A DNA stretch of 64,000 nucleotides. Origin: an uncultured Verrucomicrobiae bacterium. GTDB lineage: Bacteria; Verrucomicrobiota; Verrucomicrobiia; Chthoniobacterales; JAFAMB01. Below, one piece after another: positions 9,420-19,253 of the stretch (position 1 is its first letter; each line of letters opens with the position of its first letter). The notes beneath the pieces are model-generated. The model worked only from the letters and a program-made list of their open reading frames with translations. It did not search any database and was not told the DNA's origin. The position numbers were made by a program, and so were the translations under genes. The stretch is taken from contig CAWIPH010000002.1 of the NCBI GenBank assembly GCA_963837955.1, forward strand, positions 480,001 to 544,000. The letters run 5' to 3'.

Positions 9420-10657
9420 GCGAGATGAACGAACAAGGCTTTCGACGTGCGACAGCGGAACGCAAGCGACCCAAGCGTTCTAAGAAACATTTAGCTGCTG
9501 TCCGAAAATCTTCGAGAGGCGCGAAGGACGGGGCGCTCCAGACTCTCTTCCTTCTGGAGGAAGCTCGAAGCTGGCTCGAGCAGTTTCATTCCGAGAAAGG
9601 CCAGACGGATGCCTTCGCCGCTCGCTGGAGGGAAGTCCGAGGACAAATCCAAGATTTGGGAGTCTACGCGCTCACTAGTGAAGAGTTGAAATATGGAGCT
9701 CAGGTCGCCTGGCGCAACAGCACGCGCTGCGTTGGCCGATTGAGTTGGGACAGCCTAGTGGTGAGGGACTGTCGTCAGTTGGATACGGCGGAGAAGGTGT
9801 TCGCTGCACTCGTTGAGCATATTCAACAATCAACTAACCAGGGGCGGATTACTCCCCTGATCTCGATTTTCGCTCCCGAGTCGAGTAGCGGACCGAAAGT
9901 GCGGATTTGGAATCGTCAATTGATAGGCTATGCCGGCTATCGCCAACCCGACGGTTCAATCGTCGGAGATCCACTGAACACGGATTTCACGGAATATGCT
10001 CAAAAGCTTGGATGGAACGGCCAAAAGTCGGGTCGCTTCGATTTGTTGCCTATCGTGATTGAATTGAACGGCGAGCTGCGCTGGTTTGATCTCCCGCGCG
10101 ATCTCATCTGTGAGGTTGCTATCCGGCATCCTTTTTACGATTGGTTTGAAGAACTCGATCTGAAATGGTTTGCTCTTCCGGCGGTTTCGGGGATGCGCCT
10201 CGAGATTGGTGGCCTATCGTTTCCAGCCGCTCCGTTCAGCGGCTGGTATGTTGGATCCGAAGTCGGCGCGCGTGACTTAGCGGATGTGAATCGATACAAC
10301 GCGTTGCCGGAAATCGCTCAGCGTCTCGGACTCGACACCCAGTCTGATCGCAACTTGTGGAAAGATCGGGCTTTGATTGAGTTAAATGCCGCAGTCCTAT
10401 GGTCCTTTAGTCAAGCCCGCGTAGCCATCGTCGATCATCACACTGTTACGCGTCAGTTCATGGCTCACGACAAGAGGGAAGCACAAGCTGGGCGCTGTGT
10501 TTATGCGGACTGGAGTTGGATCGTTCCGCCCATATCCGGCGGGACTACGCCTGTTTTCCATCGTAAATTTAAGAACCGGACGCAGAAGCCCAACTTCTTC
10601 CCGCAACCGACTCCTTGGCCGAAGCCCAGCATCGGTTCCTGTCCGTATGCACATTGA
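9416..10657 (+). CDS. nos: Nitric oxide synthase oxygenase (stand-alone bacterial NOS)
   Basis: AWRNSTRCVGR with the heme-ligand Cys, RIWNRQLIGYAGY, PFSGWYVGSEVGARD with the substrate Glu, DHHT, ADWSWIVPPISG. Confidence 0.95.
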   Translation: MSEMNEQGFRRATAERKRPKRSKKHLAAVRKSSRGAKDGALQTLFLLEEARSWLEQFHSEKGQTDAFAARWREVRGQIQDLGVYALTSEELKYGAQVAWRNSTRCVGRLSWDSLVVRDCRQLDTAEKVFAALVEHIQQSTNQGRITPLISIFAPESSSGPKVRIWNRQLIGYAGYRQPDGSIVGDPLNTDFTEYAQKLGWNGQKSGRFDLLPIVIELNGELRWFDLPRDLICEVAIRHPFYDWFEELDLKWFALPAVSGMRLEIGGLSFPAAPFSGWYVGSEVGARDLADVNRYNALPEIAQRLGLDTQSDRNLWKDRALIELNAAVLWSFSQARVAIVDHHTVTRQFMAHDKREAQAGRCVYADWSWIVPPISGGTTPVFHRKFKNRTQKPNFFPQPTPWPKPSIGSCPYAH

Positions 10658-10739
10658 CTGGGCGTAGAAATCCGCGCCTGGTGTGGCGGCAATCTTAGTA
10701 AGCGTTGCCAACTTCTCAGAACGAACCGTAACCGTGCGC

Positions 10740-10962
10740 GGGTAGGGCGATACAGTCCGGCAAACGCCGCGTATGGTAGGGTGCTGTGCAGGGCCGGACT
10801 GTGAGCCTTTGCCAGCCCCTCGTGTGGCTTACACGTCTCATTCGCTGTCGCTCAACGACGGGCCGCCGCCTCTGCGCTTTGGCGCGCCCTAGCTGTGCGT
10901 CTGAGGAACGCCATGGCGTTGGCCGCGACGTAGGCTTTGCGGAGTCGGGTTTCGCCCTACCC
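10740..10962. repeat. REP-bounded element with GGGTAGGGCGA terminal inverted repeats
   Basis: GGGTAGGGCGA at 10740-10750 and TCGCCCTACCC at 10952-10962; internal inverted repeat ACAGTCCGGC/GCCGGACTGT. Confidence 0.6.
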
Positions 10963-11013
10963 ATCAGGATACCTGCCACATCACTGGTTCATCTCGGTCT
11001 TTGCGATCTGGTG

Positions 11014-11840
11014 CTATTTGTCTTTCTTCTGTGTCGGAGCGACGCGGTTAATCCATTCATCAAGGCGCTTCAACATGAGCGAAAGGTGCTCGACGATGCG
11101 AGGGGAGAGATCGCCCGCGAGTGAACACAACTTCGTTACATCTTCCAAGGCTCCTTCTGGTAAGCCGGGTAAATCAGCCATGTAAGTTAGAAGCCGTTTT
11201 TCCCCAGGATGATAGCGACCGTTCACCGCGAAAAGATATCGGTGTAGCTTGCGATCCAGACTGCGGTTCGATGGTTCAAGCTAATCATGTCGCGGCGCGC
11301 GATTGCCGCCTTCATCTGCACGAGATAGCACGATTGCATTCCGCCCCCCAGGACCGGACGATTTCTCGCGATGATGGACCGTCTAAGCTGTTCCGGAAAC
11401 GGTTCCCGTAAACGCGCCTGGATAGAGCTCAACCATTCGCGTGCGTCATAAAGTATGAACCCATTGGCGATGCCGAAGCAGTACGCAGTCGTATATCCCA
11501 GTAGCGCCGAGTTACGGTTCAGCCGCTGATCAATCTCGGCCATCGCGTACCCGCAATCGCGGTACATCGAATTGCAATGGCGAGCCGATTCGATCCATTC
11601 ATCTTCTAACTCCCAGAAGGTATGATTCAGCTGATATTCCGTTGCTCGCTTTGCGATAACCGCTTCCCTTGCCTCAACTGGAACCGGAGCGTGCGTGTAC
11701 ACGTAAAGGTCGAAATCAGAATAGGTGTCCGCGACGCCCATCGCGGTCGAACCGCACCAGGCGACTGCTTCGACTCCATTGATAGCGCCGAACGCATTAG
11801 CGATTTCCCGCAAAAACGAAGGGACGGTTGGTTCGTTCAT
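11014..11840 (-). pseudogene. Nucleotidyltransferase/DUF4037-like protein, frameshifted
   Basis: GSTAMGVADTYSDFDLYVY NTase motif; the frame breaks at about 11233, and adding one base gives SYTDILFAVNGRYHPGEKRLL, joining ORFs 11223-11957 and 11014-11226. Confidence 0.75.
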
Positions 11841-11968
11841 CGTTAGATTATGAAGATAGAGGCTGGGCGAACATAACCAATCGCCGATATGTGCTATTTG
11901 GGATCTGCTGTTGATCGAAGTAGCCTGATCCTCCTGGCTCAGGAATTCAGGGTGCAATGATTTGCTGG

Positions 11969-13081
11969 ATGGAATGGTTTATCGTTTTTGGCTCGCTCGC
12001 CTGGATCGGGCTGATCGTGCTGCCCTGGCGCCCATGGAGCACAAGGGAGCAGCTGGAAACAACCGATCAGAAATCCGTCAAAAACGACCTCACCGATATT
12101 TCGGTTTTGATCCCGGCGCGTAACGAAGAAGAGACCATTGAACGAACATTGCGCGGACTGCAAAGCCAAGGACGGGCCCTCAAAATTTTTCTAATCGATG
12201 ATCAATCGAGCGACGGAACGATAGCGATGGCCGAAGCCCTCGGTTTGCCGAACCTCATAATCGTCCAGGGTCAAGAGCTCCCCACTGCTTGGACTGGTAA
12301 GCTCTGGGCTTTAGAGCAGGGTCGGGTATCTGCGTGCTCCGAACTGTTGCTCCTACTCGATGCGGACATCGAACTTGCGCCCGATTTTGTGCGAACGCTG
12401 CGACACAAGCTAGTATCGGAAAATCTGGATCTTGTATCGATCATGGCCACGCTTCGAACCGAGGATTTTTGGGAAAAATGGCTCGCTCCAGCGTTTGTCT
12501 TTTTCTTCAAACTTATTTATCCCTTTTCGCGCGGTAACAATCCAAGAAGCCGGCTGGGTGTTGCGGCCGGTGGTTGCATCCTGCTCCGCGCGCAAATGCT
12601 TGCGGTAATCGGGGGATTCGAATCGGCCCGTGGCGCCGTGATTGATGATTGCTCGCTGGCGAGAAGGGTGAAAGATGCCGGCGGTAAGACCTGGATCGGG
12701 TTGAGCCGATGCGTCAGAAGTCATCGGCGCTACCCGAAGTTAGCAGATTTCTGGGTGATGGTAGCGCGCACAGCGTATACGCAACTGGGGTACTCTGTGG
12801 CGATGTTGTTGGTGACCACCTGTTTAATGTTGGTGGTCTTTTGGGGTCCCTGTTTGGCCATTATCACAACTTCTTGGACCTTAAAAACGCTGGCAGTCGC
12901 CGGCTGCTGCTGCATGTTTTACGCCTACTGGCCAACGGTTCGATTTTATCAGCTCTCACCGGCCTGGGTGTTAACGCTACCCGTCATTGCTATCCTTTAT
13001 CTATTGATGACATGGTCGTCGGCGTTCGCCTATTGGCGAGGGCGACGTTCCGTATGGAAAGGCCGAGTCTACGCCCGCTGA
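11969..13081 (+). CDS. hpnB: GT2 glycosyltransferase, hopene-associated HpnB-like
   Basis: IPARNEE, DDQSSDGT, WTGKLWAL, DAD, AAGGCIL, IDDCSLAR, MVARTAYTQL, WKGRVY. Confidence 0.75.
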   Translation: MEWFIVFGSLAWIGLIVLPWRPWSTREQLETTDQKSVKNDLTDISVLIPARNEEETIERTLRGLQSQGRALKIFLIDDQSSDGTIAMAEALGLPNLIIVQGQELPTAWTGKLWALEQGRVSACSELLLLLDADIELAPDFVRTLRHKLVSENLDLVSIMATLRTEDFWEKWLAPAFVFFFKLIYPFSRGNNPRSRLGVAAGGCILLRAQMLAVIGGFESARGAVIDDCSLARRVKDAGGKTWIGLSRCVRSHRRYPKLADFWVMVARTAYTQLGYSVAMLLVTTCLMLVVFWGPCLAIITTSWTLKTLAVAGCCCMFYAYWPTVRFYQLSPAWVLTLPVIAILYLLMTWSSAFAYWRGRRSVWKGRVYAR

Positions 13082-13301
13082 CGTTAGGGTGGGTCCGATC
13101 TCACGCTAAGACGCAAAGCATGAAGACCTTCCTCATCGCATCCATTGGCAGGCTCCTCTTGGTACCATAATGATGAACAATCCTGGATGCGCCGGGTAAC
13201 CAAAATTTGCTATTTGCTATCGGCTATTGATTATTTTGGGCCTCTAAGGGCCCAAATTCCCCTTGCCAAAGTCGGCTTAGCGCATACTTTCCGGGCTCTT
13301 T

Positions 13302-13511
13302 ATGCCAAAGCCGATTGCAAGACGCAAAACGAAGAAAGCAGTGGCGAAACGCTTTAAAGTCACTGGGACGGGCAAGGTTCTACGGAGCCACGCTGGAAAG
13401 CGTCACCTTCTCGCGTCGAAAAACGCTAAGCGCAAACGACACTTGGCGAAGACCGCGGTGCTGGATGCAACCGACGAGGCACGGATCAAAGATAATTTGC
13501 CGTTTGCTTAG
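13302..13511 (+). CDS. rpmI: 50S ribosomal protein L35
   Basis: KTKKAVAKRFKVTGTGK...HLL...KRKRHL. Confidence 0.96.
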   Translation: MPKPIARRKTKKAVAKRFKVTGTGKVLRSHAGKRHLLASKNAKRKRHLAKTAVLDATDEARIKDNLPFA

Positions 13512-13631
13512 ATAGAACAGATTGCTACCCACCTGCCTCGAAAGCGAGGCTACCGTGACAGGTGAGGTCGGGGAGCAGAAAATAGAAAAACAGCCTGTCC
13601 ACGAGGATGCCGTTTAAGCGGCACAGAAGAA

Positions 13632-14003
13632 ATGCCAAGAGCAACTAATGCTCCAGCAAGCAGAGAACGTCGTAAAAGAGTTTTAGACAAGGCCAAGGGT
13701 TACCGAGGTCGCCGGTCCAAACTTTTCCGGTACGCGAAAGACGCGACCATGAAGGGAAAGTATTGGGCCTATCGAGATCGCAAGACACGGAAACGCAATT
13801 TTCGCAATCTGTGGATCCTGCGGATCAACGCAGTCTGCCGGGAAATGGGGACTACTTACAGCCGATTTATGGAAGGTCTGGCAGCAGCTCAAATCGAGAT
13901 CGATCGAAGGGCATTGGCCGATCTTGCAGTGACAGATCAGGCGGCTTTCAAAGCGATTTTCCAAAAAGCGGCCGACGCTTTGGAAAAGAAAAGAGCGGCG
14001 TAG
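13632..14003 (+). CDS. rplT: 50S ribosomal protein L20
   Basis: AKGYRGRRS, AYRDRKTRKRNFRNLWILRINA, YSRFM. Confidence 0.97.
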   Translation: MPRATNAPASRERRKRVLDKAKGYRGRRSKLFRYAKDATMKGKYWAYRDRKTRKRNFRNLWILRINAVCREMGTTYSRFMEGLAAAQIEIDRRALADLAVTDQAAFKAIFQKAADALEKKRAA

Positions 14004-14015
14004 CCCAACATCTTC

Positions 14016-14076
14016 GGTAGGGACGAGCGCCTGCTCGTCCGTTTATTGGGTAGACGAGCGGCAGCTCGTCCTTACC
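14016..14076. repeat. GTAG-type REP doublet (inverted pair)
   Basis: GGTAGGGACGAGCGCCTGCTCGTCCG and inverted AGACGAGCGGCAGCTCGTCCTTACC. Confidence 0.8.
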
Positions 14077-14090
14077 ATTAACTTGACGCT

Positions 14091-15107
14091 ATGGACACGG
14101 AGTTGGGTACCCTGCAGAGCGAAGCGCTGGCCGAAATCGCAAACGCACACAACGTGATCGAACTGGATCAGGTGCGCGTTAAGTATTTGGGGCGGAGCGG
14201 ACTTGTCTCCAAACTAAGCGAGAGTATGCGCTCTTTGCCGAAAGAAGAGCGTCCTCGCATAGGAAAGCTGTTGAACGAGGCACGATCGGCCCTCGATCGT
14301 GCTCTGACGGAGAAGTCCGAGGCGTTTGCTGCGATGCAGGATCTAGCCGCTCTCGACGACTTAGACGAAACGTTACCTGCGACTCCGGTTCGGGTGGGGG
14401 CTTTGCATCCGCTCACGCAACTCCAAGATCAGGCGATCCGGATCTTCCGGCGTTTAGGGTTCACGATGGCGGCGGGACCGGACATCGAAACCGAATGGCA
14501 CTGTTTTGATGCCCTGAATACGCCGCCAAATCACCCTGCTCGGAACGAATCGGATACCTTTTATTTCGCAGATGGCCGGCTTCTCCGAACCCACACCTCG
14601 ACCGTCCAAATTCGAACGATGACCGCGGCTGCGCCGCCGATAAGGGTCATCGCTCCGGGCGCTGCCTATCGGCGGGACGAGATGGACGCTACCCACCTGA
14701 GCCAATTTAACCAATTAGAGGGGCTCTACGTTGATCAAAACGTCACCGTTGCCGATCTGAAGGGGACGCTCGAATACTTTGTGCGCGAGTTGCTCGGAGC
14801 CGAAGTCGAAACGCGGATGCGGCCCCATTTTTTCCCTTTTACGGAGCCAAGTTTTGAAATGGATGTGCGTCTGCCAGGTGTCAACGTCGGTAAATGGATG
14901 GAGCTTTTGGGCTGTGGCATGGTTCATCCGGCGGTCTTTGAGCAGGTGAACGAGCGTCGTCGCGATCAGGCCTATGATCCCGAGGCCTGGACGGGCTATG
15001 CATTTGGAATGGGTCTTGATCGATTAGCGATGGCGCTCTTTGGCTTACCGGACATCCGTCTTCTCATCGAGAACGACCAGCGTTTCTTAGCTCAGTTCAG
15101 CTCATGA
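14091..15107 (+). CDS. pheS: Phenylalanine--tRNA ligase alpha subunit
   Basis: HPARNESDTFY, LLRTHTSTVQ, DATH, FPFTEPSFE, GCGMVHP, AFGMGLDRLAM. Confidence 0.97.
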   Translation: MDTELGTLQSEALAEIANAHNVIELDQVRVKYLGRSGLVSKLSESMRSLPKEERPRIGKLLNEARSALDRALTEKSEAFAAMQDLAALDDLDETLPATPVRVGALHPLTQLQDQAIRIFRRLGFTMAAGPDIETEWHCFDALNTPPNHPARNESDTFYFADGRLLRTHTSTVQIRTMTAAAPPIRVIAPGAAYRRDEMDATHLSQFNQLEGLYVDQNVTVADLKGTLEYFVRELLGAEVETRMRPHFFPFTEPSFEMDVRLPGVNVGKWMELLGCGMVHPAVFEQVNERRRDQAYDPEAWTGYAFGMGLDRLAMALFGLPDIRLLIENDQRFLAQFSS

Positions 15108-17455
15108 AACTTTCGTTGCGTTGGTTGGCTGAATACTTGCCGGACCTGAAAAAGTCCGCCGAAGAAATCATTGAGGCTCTCACGTTCACCGGAGTCGAAG
15201 TGGAAGGCGTCGAGAGCCGAGGCGGCGAGTATCCGAAAATAGTCGTGGCTCAGATTAAGTCGTTTCAACAGCATCCTAACGCCGACCGGTTAAGTGTCTG
15301 CCTGGTGGACGATGGAAGTTCTGCAAGTCGCCAGATCGTTTGCGGCGCGAAAAATTTCAAAGCTCTTGATAAAGTTCCGCTCGCGTTGCCCGGTGCGGTA
15401 TTGCCGGACGGCCTGAAAATTAAGGCCAGCAAGCTACGCGGGGTTGAATCCGAGGGAATGCTCTGTAGTGCCAAGGAATTAGGTTTGGCGGAGGACGCCT
15501 CCGGCTTGATGATTCTTTCGGCTGATGCACCAATCGGCAAACCCCTATCAGAACTGTTTCCCACCGATACCATTCTGGATCTCGAGGTTACCCCGGATCG
15601 TCCCGATTTGCTTAGCTATCGCGGGATCGCGCGCGAACTCGCCGTGATCTTTCGTGTTTCCGCTCCGGAGGAGACGAGAAGAGAGGATCCAAAAGTAGTC
15701 ATTGATCCTGACCGGGTCCGCATTGCCGCACCTGATGCGTGTCCGTTCGTTAGTTTTCAGGAGATTCGTGGCGTCAAGATTGGACCGAGCCCGGCCTGGC
15801 TGAGTTCGAGACTATCTGCTGCGGGGATACGCCCCATCAACAATGTGGTCGACATCACGAACTACGTGATGTTCGAGACCGGCAAACCGCTCCACGCCTA
15901 TGACCTCGCCCATGTGGAAGGTGGTATCGAGGTAAGGATGGCCGAGAACGGAGAACAGCTTTTGGCATTGGATGGGAAATCGTACGAATTGAATCGATCT
16001 CATCTAGTCATCGCCGACCAGCGAAAGGTCATTGGGATCGCTGGTGTCATGGGGGGCGAAGAAACTGGCGTTACCGATCAAACCTCCGACATTCTGTTGG
16101 AAAGTGCCTATTTTGCACCCGCGATTGTCCGCACTATGAGTCGGGGCTTGGGGCTTATTTCGGATGCCAGTTATCGATTCGAACGTGGGACCGACCCGGC
16201 TTCAGTTCTGCCCTCCGCCATGCGCGCCATCGATCTGATTTTGGAAGTCGCTGGAGGAAAAACGGTTGGCCCGATTGCCGTTGCCGGTCAATCGCCGGCC
16301 GCGCCAGAGCCTGTCTTGTTTCGACAAGGACGTTGCGACGCCCTCCTCGGCATCCCAGTCCCGGATGCGACTAAGCTGCTCGAACGAATCGGACTCAAAT
16401 CAGTCGGGAAAGAGCGGTGGCAAGTACCTACCTACCGTCCTGACCTGCGCCGAGAAGTTGATTTGATCGAAGAGGTTTGCCGCTATCACGGTATCCAGAA
16501 GATTCCGGGGCATCTTTCGGGGCGCGCGACACCGAGCTCGACCGTCGACCATGACCACGATCGAGAATTACGACTGCGCCGCCGATTAGCTGGGCTTGGC
16601 TTACTGGAAGCGCGCAGCTTGGTCCTCGTGGACGAAGGAGCGCTGGAGGAATCGCTGTTTCCCACCCAAAATGTTTTTCGCTTAAAGAATCCCTTGGCTG
16701 ACGATCAAAAGATACTTCGGCCTTCCTTGCTTTCTGGGTTGCTACGTTCTGCCGAGCGAAACTTCAATCGCGGGCTGAGTAGCGTCGCCCTTTTCGAAAT
16801 TGGCCGCGTATTTCACCCTGAGGGGAACGAAGAGCCGACTCACATCGGAATTCTCTTGGCCGGCGAGAACTCCGCACCGTCTTGGAATCAGCATCCTCGA
16901 CCTTTCGACCTGTTTGATTTGAAGGCATTTGTTCAACAAGTGGTCAACGGCGAGATTCATCTTCGTCGAACCGAGCCGAACCGATTAGCCGCATTAATTT
17001 GTGACGTAACGGGAGCGGATGCTTCGGTGCTTGGAAGCCTCGGCCAGTTGCGTCCTACCAGGGCGCGAGATTTCGGCTCGCGTTATCCGGTGTTTGTGGC
17101 GGAGTTGGCATTGACCGCCGATCGGAACTCCCAGCCGTTTCGATTGCGCGCCCTCGACCGATTTCCCTCGGTGACGCGCGATATCGCATTTCTGGCGGTA
17201 AGAGATTTGAAGTTTGCCAAAGTGCTGGAAACGCTGAAGTCGGGCAATGAACCGCTCCTGGCGGATATCCAAATCTTCGATCTCTTTGTCGATCCGTCGG
17301 GACAAAAAATTCCGAAAGATCGCAAATCGATCGCCTGCAGTTTGACATATCGTGCGTCCGACCGCACCCTCACCCAGGATGAGGTGAACGCGGCGCATCA
17401 GCGACTTAAAAAGTTGCTAGTTGATCGCCTCGGCGTGACACTTCGCGAATCATAG
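15104..17455 (+). CDS. pheT: Phenylalanine--tRNA ligase beta subunit
   Basis: HPNADRL, IVCGAKN, SEGMLCS, INNVVDITNYV, DLIEEV, FPSVTRDIA. Confidence 0.97.
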   Translation: MKLSLRWLAEYLPDLKKSAEEIIEALTFTGVEVEGVESRGGEYPKIVVAQIKSFQQHPNADRLSVCLVDDGSSASRQIVCGAKNFKALDKVPLALPGAVLPDGLKIKASKLRGVESEGMLCSAKELGLAEDASGLMILSADAPIGKPLSELFPTDTILDLEVTPDRPDLLSYRGIARELAVIFRVSAPEETRREDPKVVIDPDRVRIAAPDACPFVSFQEIRGVKIGPSPAWLSSRLSAAGIRPINNVVDITNYVMFETGKPLHAYDLAHVEGGIEVRMAENGEQLLALDGKSYELNRSHLVIADQRKVIGIAGVMGGEETGVTDQTSDILLESAYFAPAIVRTMSRGLGLISDASYRFERGTDPASVLPSAMRAIDLILEVAGGKTVGPIAVAGQSPAAPEPVLFRQGRCDALLGIPVPDATKLLERIGLKSVGKERWQVPTYRPDLRREVDLIEEVCRYHGIQKIPGHLSGRATPSSTVDHDHDRELRLRRRLAGLGLLEARSLVLVDEGALEESLFPTQNVFRLKNPLADDQKILRPSLLSGLLRSAERNFNRGLSSVALFEIGRVFHPEGNEEPTHIGILLAGENSAPSWNQHPRPFDLFDLKAFVQQVVNGEIHLRRTEPNRLAALICDVTGADASVLGSLGQLRPTRARDFGSRYPVFVAELALTADRNSQPFRLRALDRFPSVTRDIAFLAVRDLKFAKVLETLKSGNEPLLADIQIFDLFVDPSGQKIPKDRKSIACSLTYRASDRTLTQDEVNAAHQRLKKLLVDRLGVTLRES

Positions 17456-17492
17456 TTCTTTCAATTTTGGCCCTTCTCCGGAAGGGACAGAT

Positions 17493-17677
17493 TTTGCCCT
17501 GCGGTGTTCGGGATTCCTGGCCAATGCCCCAAACCCGATATGATTAGTCCCATGGAGGCTAGGTTGTGCGCGATTTAATGACAGGCCTTGATTGGAAGTC
17601 AGCGAGCGCGCCAACGGTTATCCACCCTTGTCTCAAGGGGAATGGGAGCTTCGCCAAAACGGCACTGGCGGGGCAAA
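17493..17677 (+). ncRNA. ssrS: 6S RNA (probable)
   Basis: About 185-nt rod: 5' TTTGCCCTGCGGTGTTCG pairs with 3' CGGCACTGGCGGGGCAAA; 6S-like ACGGCAC end and CCACC element; followed by a strong terminator; lies directly after pheT. Confidence 0.75.
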
Positions 17678-17683
17678 CACTTG

Positions 17684-17723
17684 GAAAGGGCGTTCCCTGT
17701 GGGGGACGCCCTTTCTTTTTTTT
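17684..17723 (+). terminator. Rho-independent terminator
   Basis: GAAAGGGCGTTCCC-loop-GGGGACGCCCTTTC followed by T8. Confidence 0.85.
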
Positions 17724-17946
17724 GTCCTAACCTAATGCATTATAGCGCGGGTATTCTGCGACAAGGCAACGAATACCCGAGGATCGGAGGGGAGCCGCTT
17801 GCGGCTCCCGAGAATGACCGATGGTTCTGCCCCGAAGGGATTCTTCTGCTGCCCCTCCAGCACGACCAACCCGCGGTGAGGGTGTTTTTCCGAGTGGACG
17901 CTCTGATCTAGCGCCTTATGAGCGCATACCGGGTCCTGCCGAAAGA

Positions 17947-19053
17947 CTAACCCGTTAGCCGATCAAACTCCGTTAACGCCATGGCGATGACCTGATCCAT
18001 GTTGTAGTACCGATAGGTCGCCAGCCGGCCCACGAAACTGACATTTCTTTCTGCGGCGGCGAGTTCCGCGTACCGGGCATACAACGCCTTCGCGTCGGAG
18101 GCAGGGATCGGATAATACGGTTCTTTGCCCGGTCCAAAATCGTCCGGGTATTCCCTGACGATCGTCGTCACCGGCACCTGTTGACCGGTAATATGCTTGA
18201 GCTCGATCACCCGAGTGAATGCATGGTCGTTAGGATAGTTGACCTGAACCGCCGGCTGGAAGTATCGCATCGCCAATGTTTCCGGTTCAAACCGTACCGA
18301 ACGGTAGGGAAGCGGACCGAACCGCTCGGAAAAGTACTCATCGACCGGCCCGGTAAAAATCAGATGCCGGAAAGAGACTTTGCCCAAGACCTCGCGAAAT
18401 CCTGTCTGAAGTCGGACTTCGATTTTAGGATGATCCAGAATCCGTTCGATCAGGGGCGTATATCCATCTTTGGGAAGAGCTTGAAATTTCTCCGTAAGAT
18501 AACGGTTGTCGCGATTGGTGCGAATCGGTATTCGGGCGCAGACGCTCGGATCAAGATCGGTTGGGTCGCGCCGCCATTGTTTACGGGTATAGTTTCGAAA
18601 GAATTTTTCGTAAAGCTCATGCCCGACTTGGGAGATGATGAACTCCTCCGAGTTTCTCGGGCTTTGGATTGGCGTACGCCATTTTGCCAGAGTGGCCATC
18701 ATTTCTTCGGACGTAGCAGAGTGACCGACGAATTGCTCGAACGTGTTCAGGTTGATCGGGAAATTCCAAAATCGACCGTCGCTGTAGGAGAGAATCGTGT
18801 AATCGACGGGTTGCCATTCCGTGAACTGGCTCAAGTAAGCCCGGACGCGATCGGAATTCGTGCGAAAATAATGAGGTCCATAGTAGTGGATTAATACACC
18901 GGCCGAATCAAAACCATCATAAGCGTTGCCGGCAATGTGCGGCCGCCGATCAATGACGAGAGCTCTTTTCCCAAGGACTCGCGCAAAACGTTCGGCCAGC
19001 ACTGCGCCCGCGAATCCCGCTCCCACCACTAACAAATCGACTGAGATTTTCAT
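17947..19053 (-). CDS. glf: UDP-galactopyranose mutase
   Basis: VGAGFAG, HIAGNAYD, YGPHYFRTN, YTRKQW, EPYYP, GRLATYRYYNMDQ. Confidence 0.95.
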   Translation of the reverse strand: MKISVDLLVVGAGFAGAVLAERFARVLGKRALVIDRRPHIAGNAYDGFDSAGVLIHYYGPHYFRTNSDRVRAYLSQFTEWQPVDYTILSYSDGRFWNFPINLNTFEQFVGHSATSEEMMATLAKWRTPIQSPRNSEEFIISQVGHELYEKFFRNYTRKQWRRDPTDLDPSVCARIPIRTNRDNRYLTEKFQALPKDGYTPLIERILDHPKIEVRLQTGFREVLGKVSFRHLIFTGPVDEYFSERFGPLPYRSVRFEPETLAMRYFQPAVQVNYPNDHAFTRVIELKHITGQQVPVTTIVREYPDDFGPGKEPYYPIPASDAKALYARYAELAAAERNVSFVGRLATYRYYNMDQVIAMALTEFDRLTG

Positions 19054-19253
19054 GCCGGGGACATGAATACTTTTCGGCCCGGACCCGTTTCGAACTGACG
19101 AGTTGTCATTGATGTGACTGGAGTTTACACCGATATCAATCGACGGAGGGAAGCAAAATGATCAAGGTTCCCAAATGAAGCGGCCGATAATCCACCGCGC
19201 CAATTTGCTATTGGCATTTTAGTATTGGTCACCGTCAATTTGTTTGAATCCTC

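Noticed and set aside
17588..17911. 107-aa ORF
   Set aside because: Overlaps the probable 6S RNA and its terminator; no protein motifs
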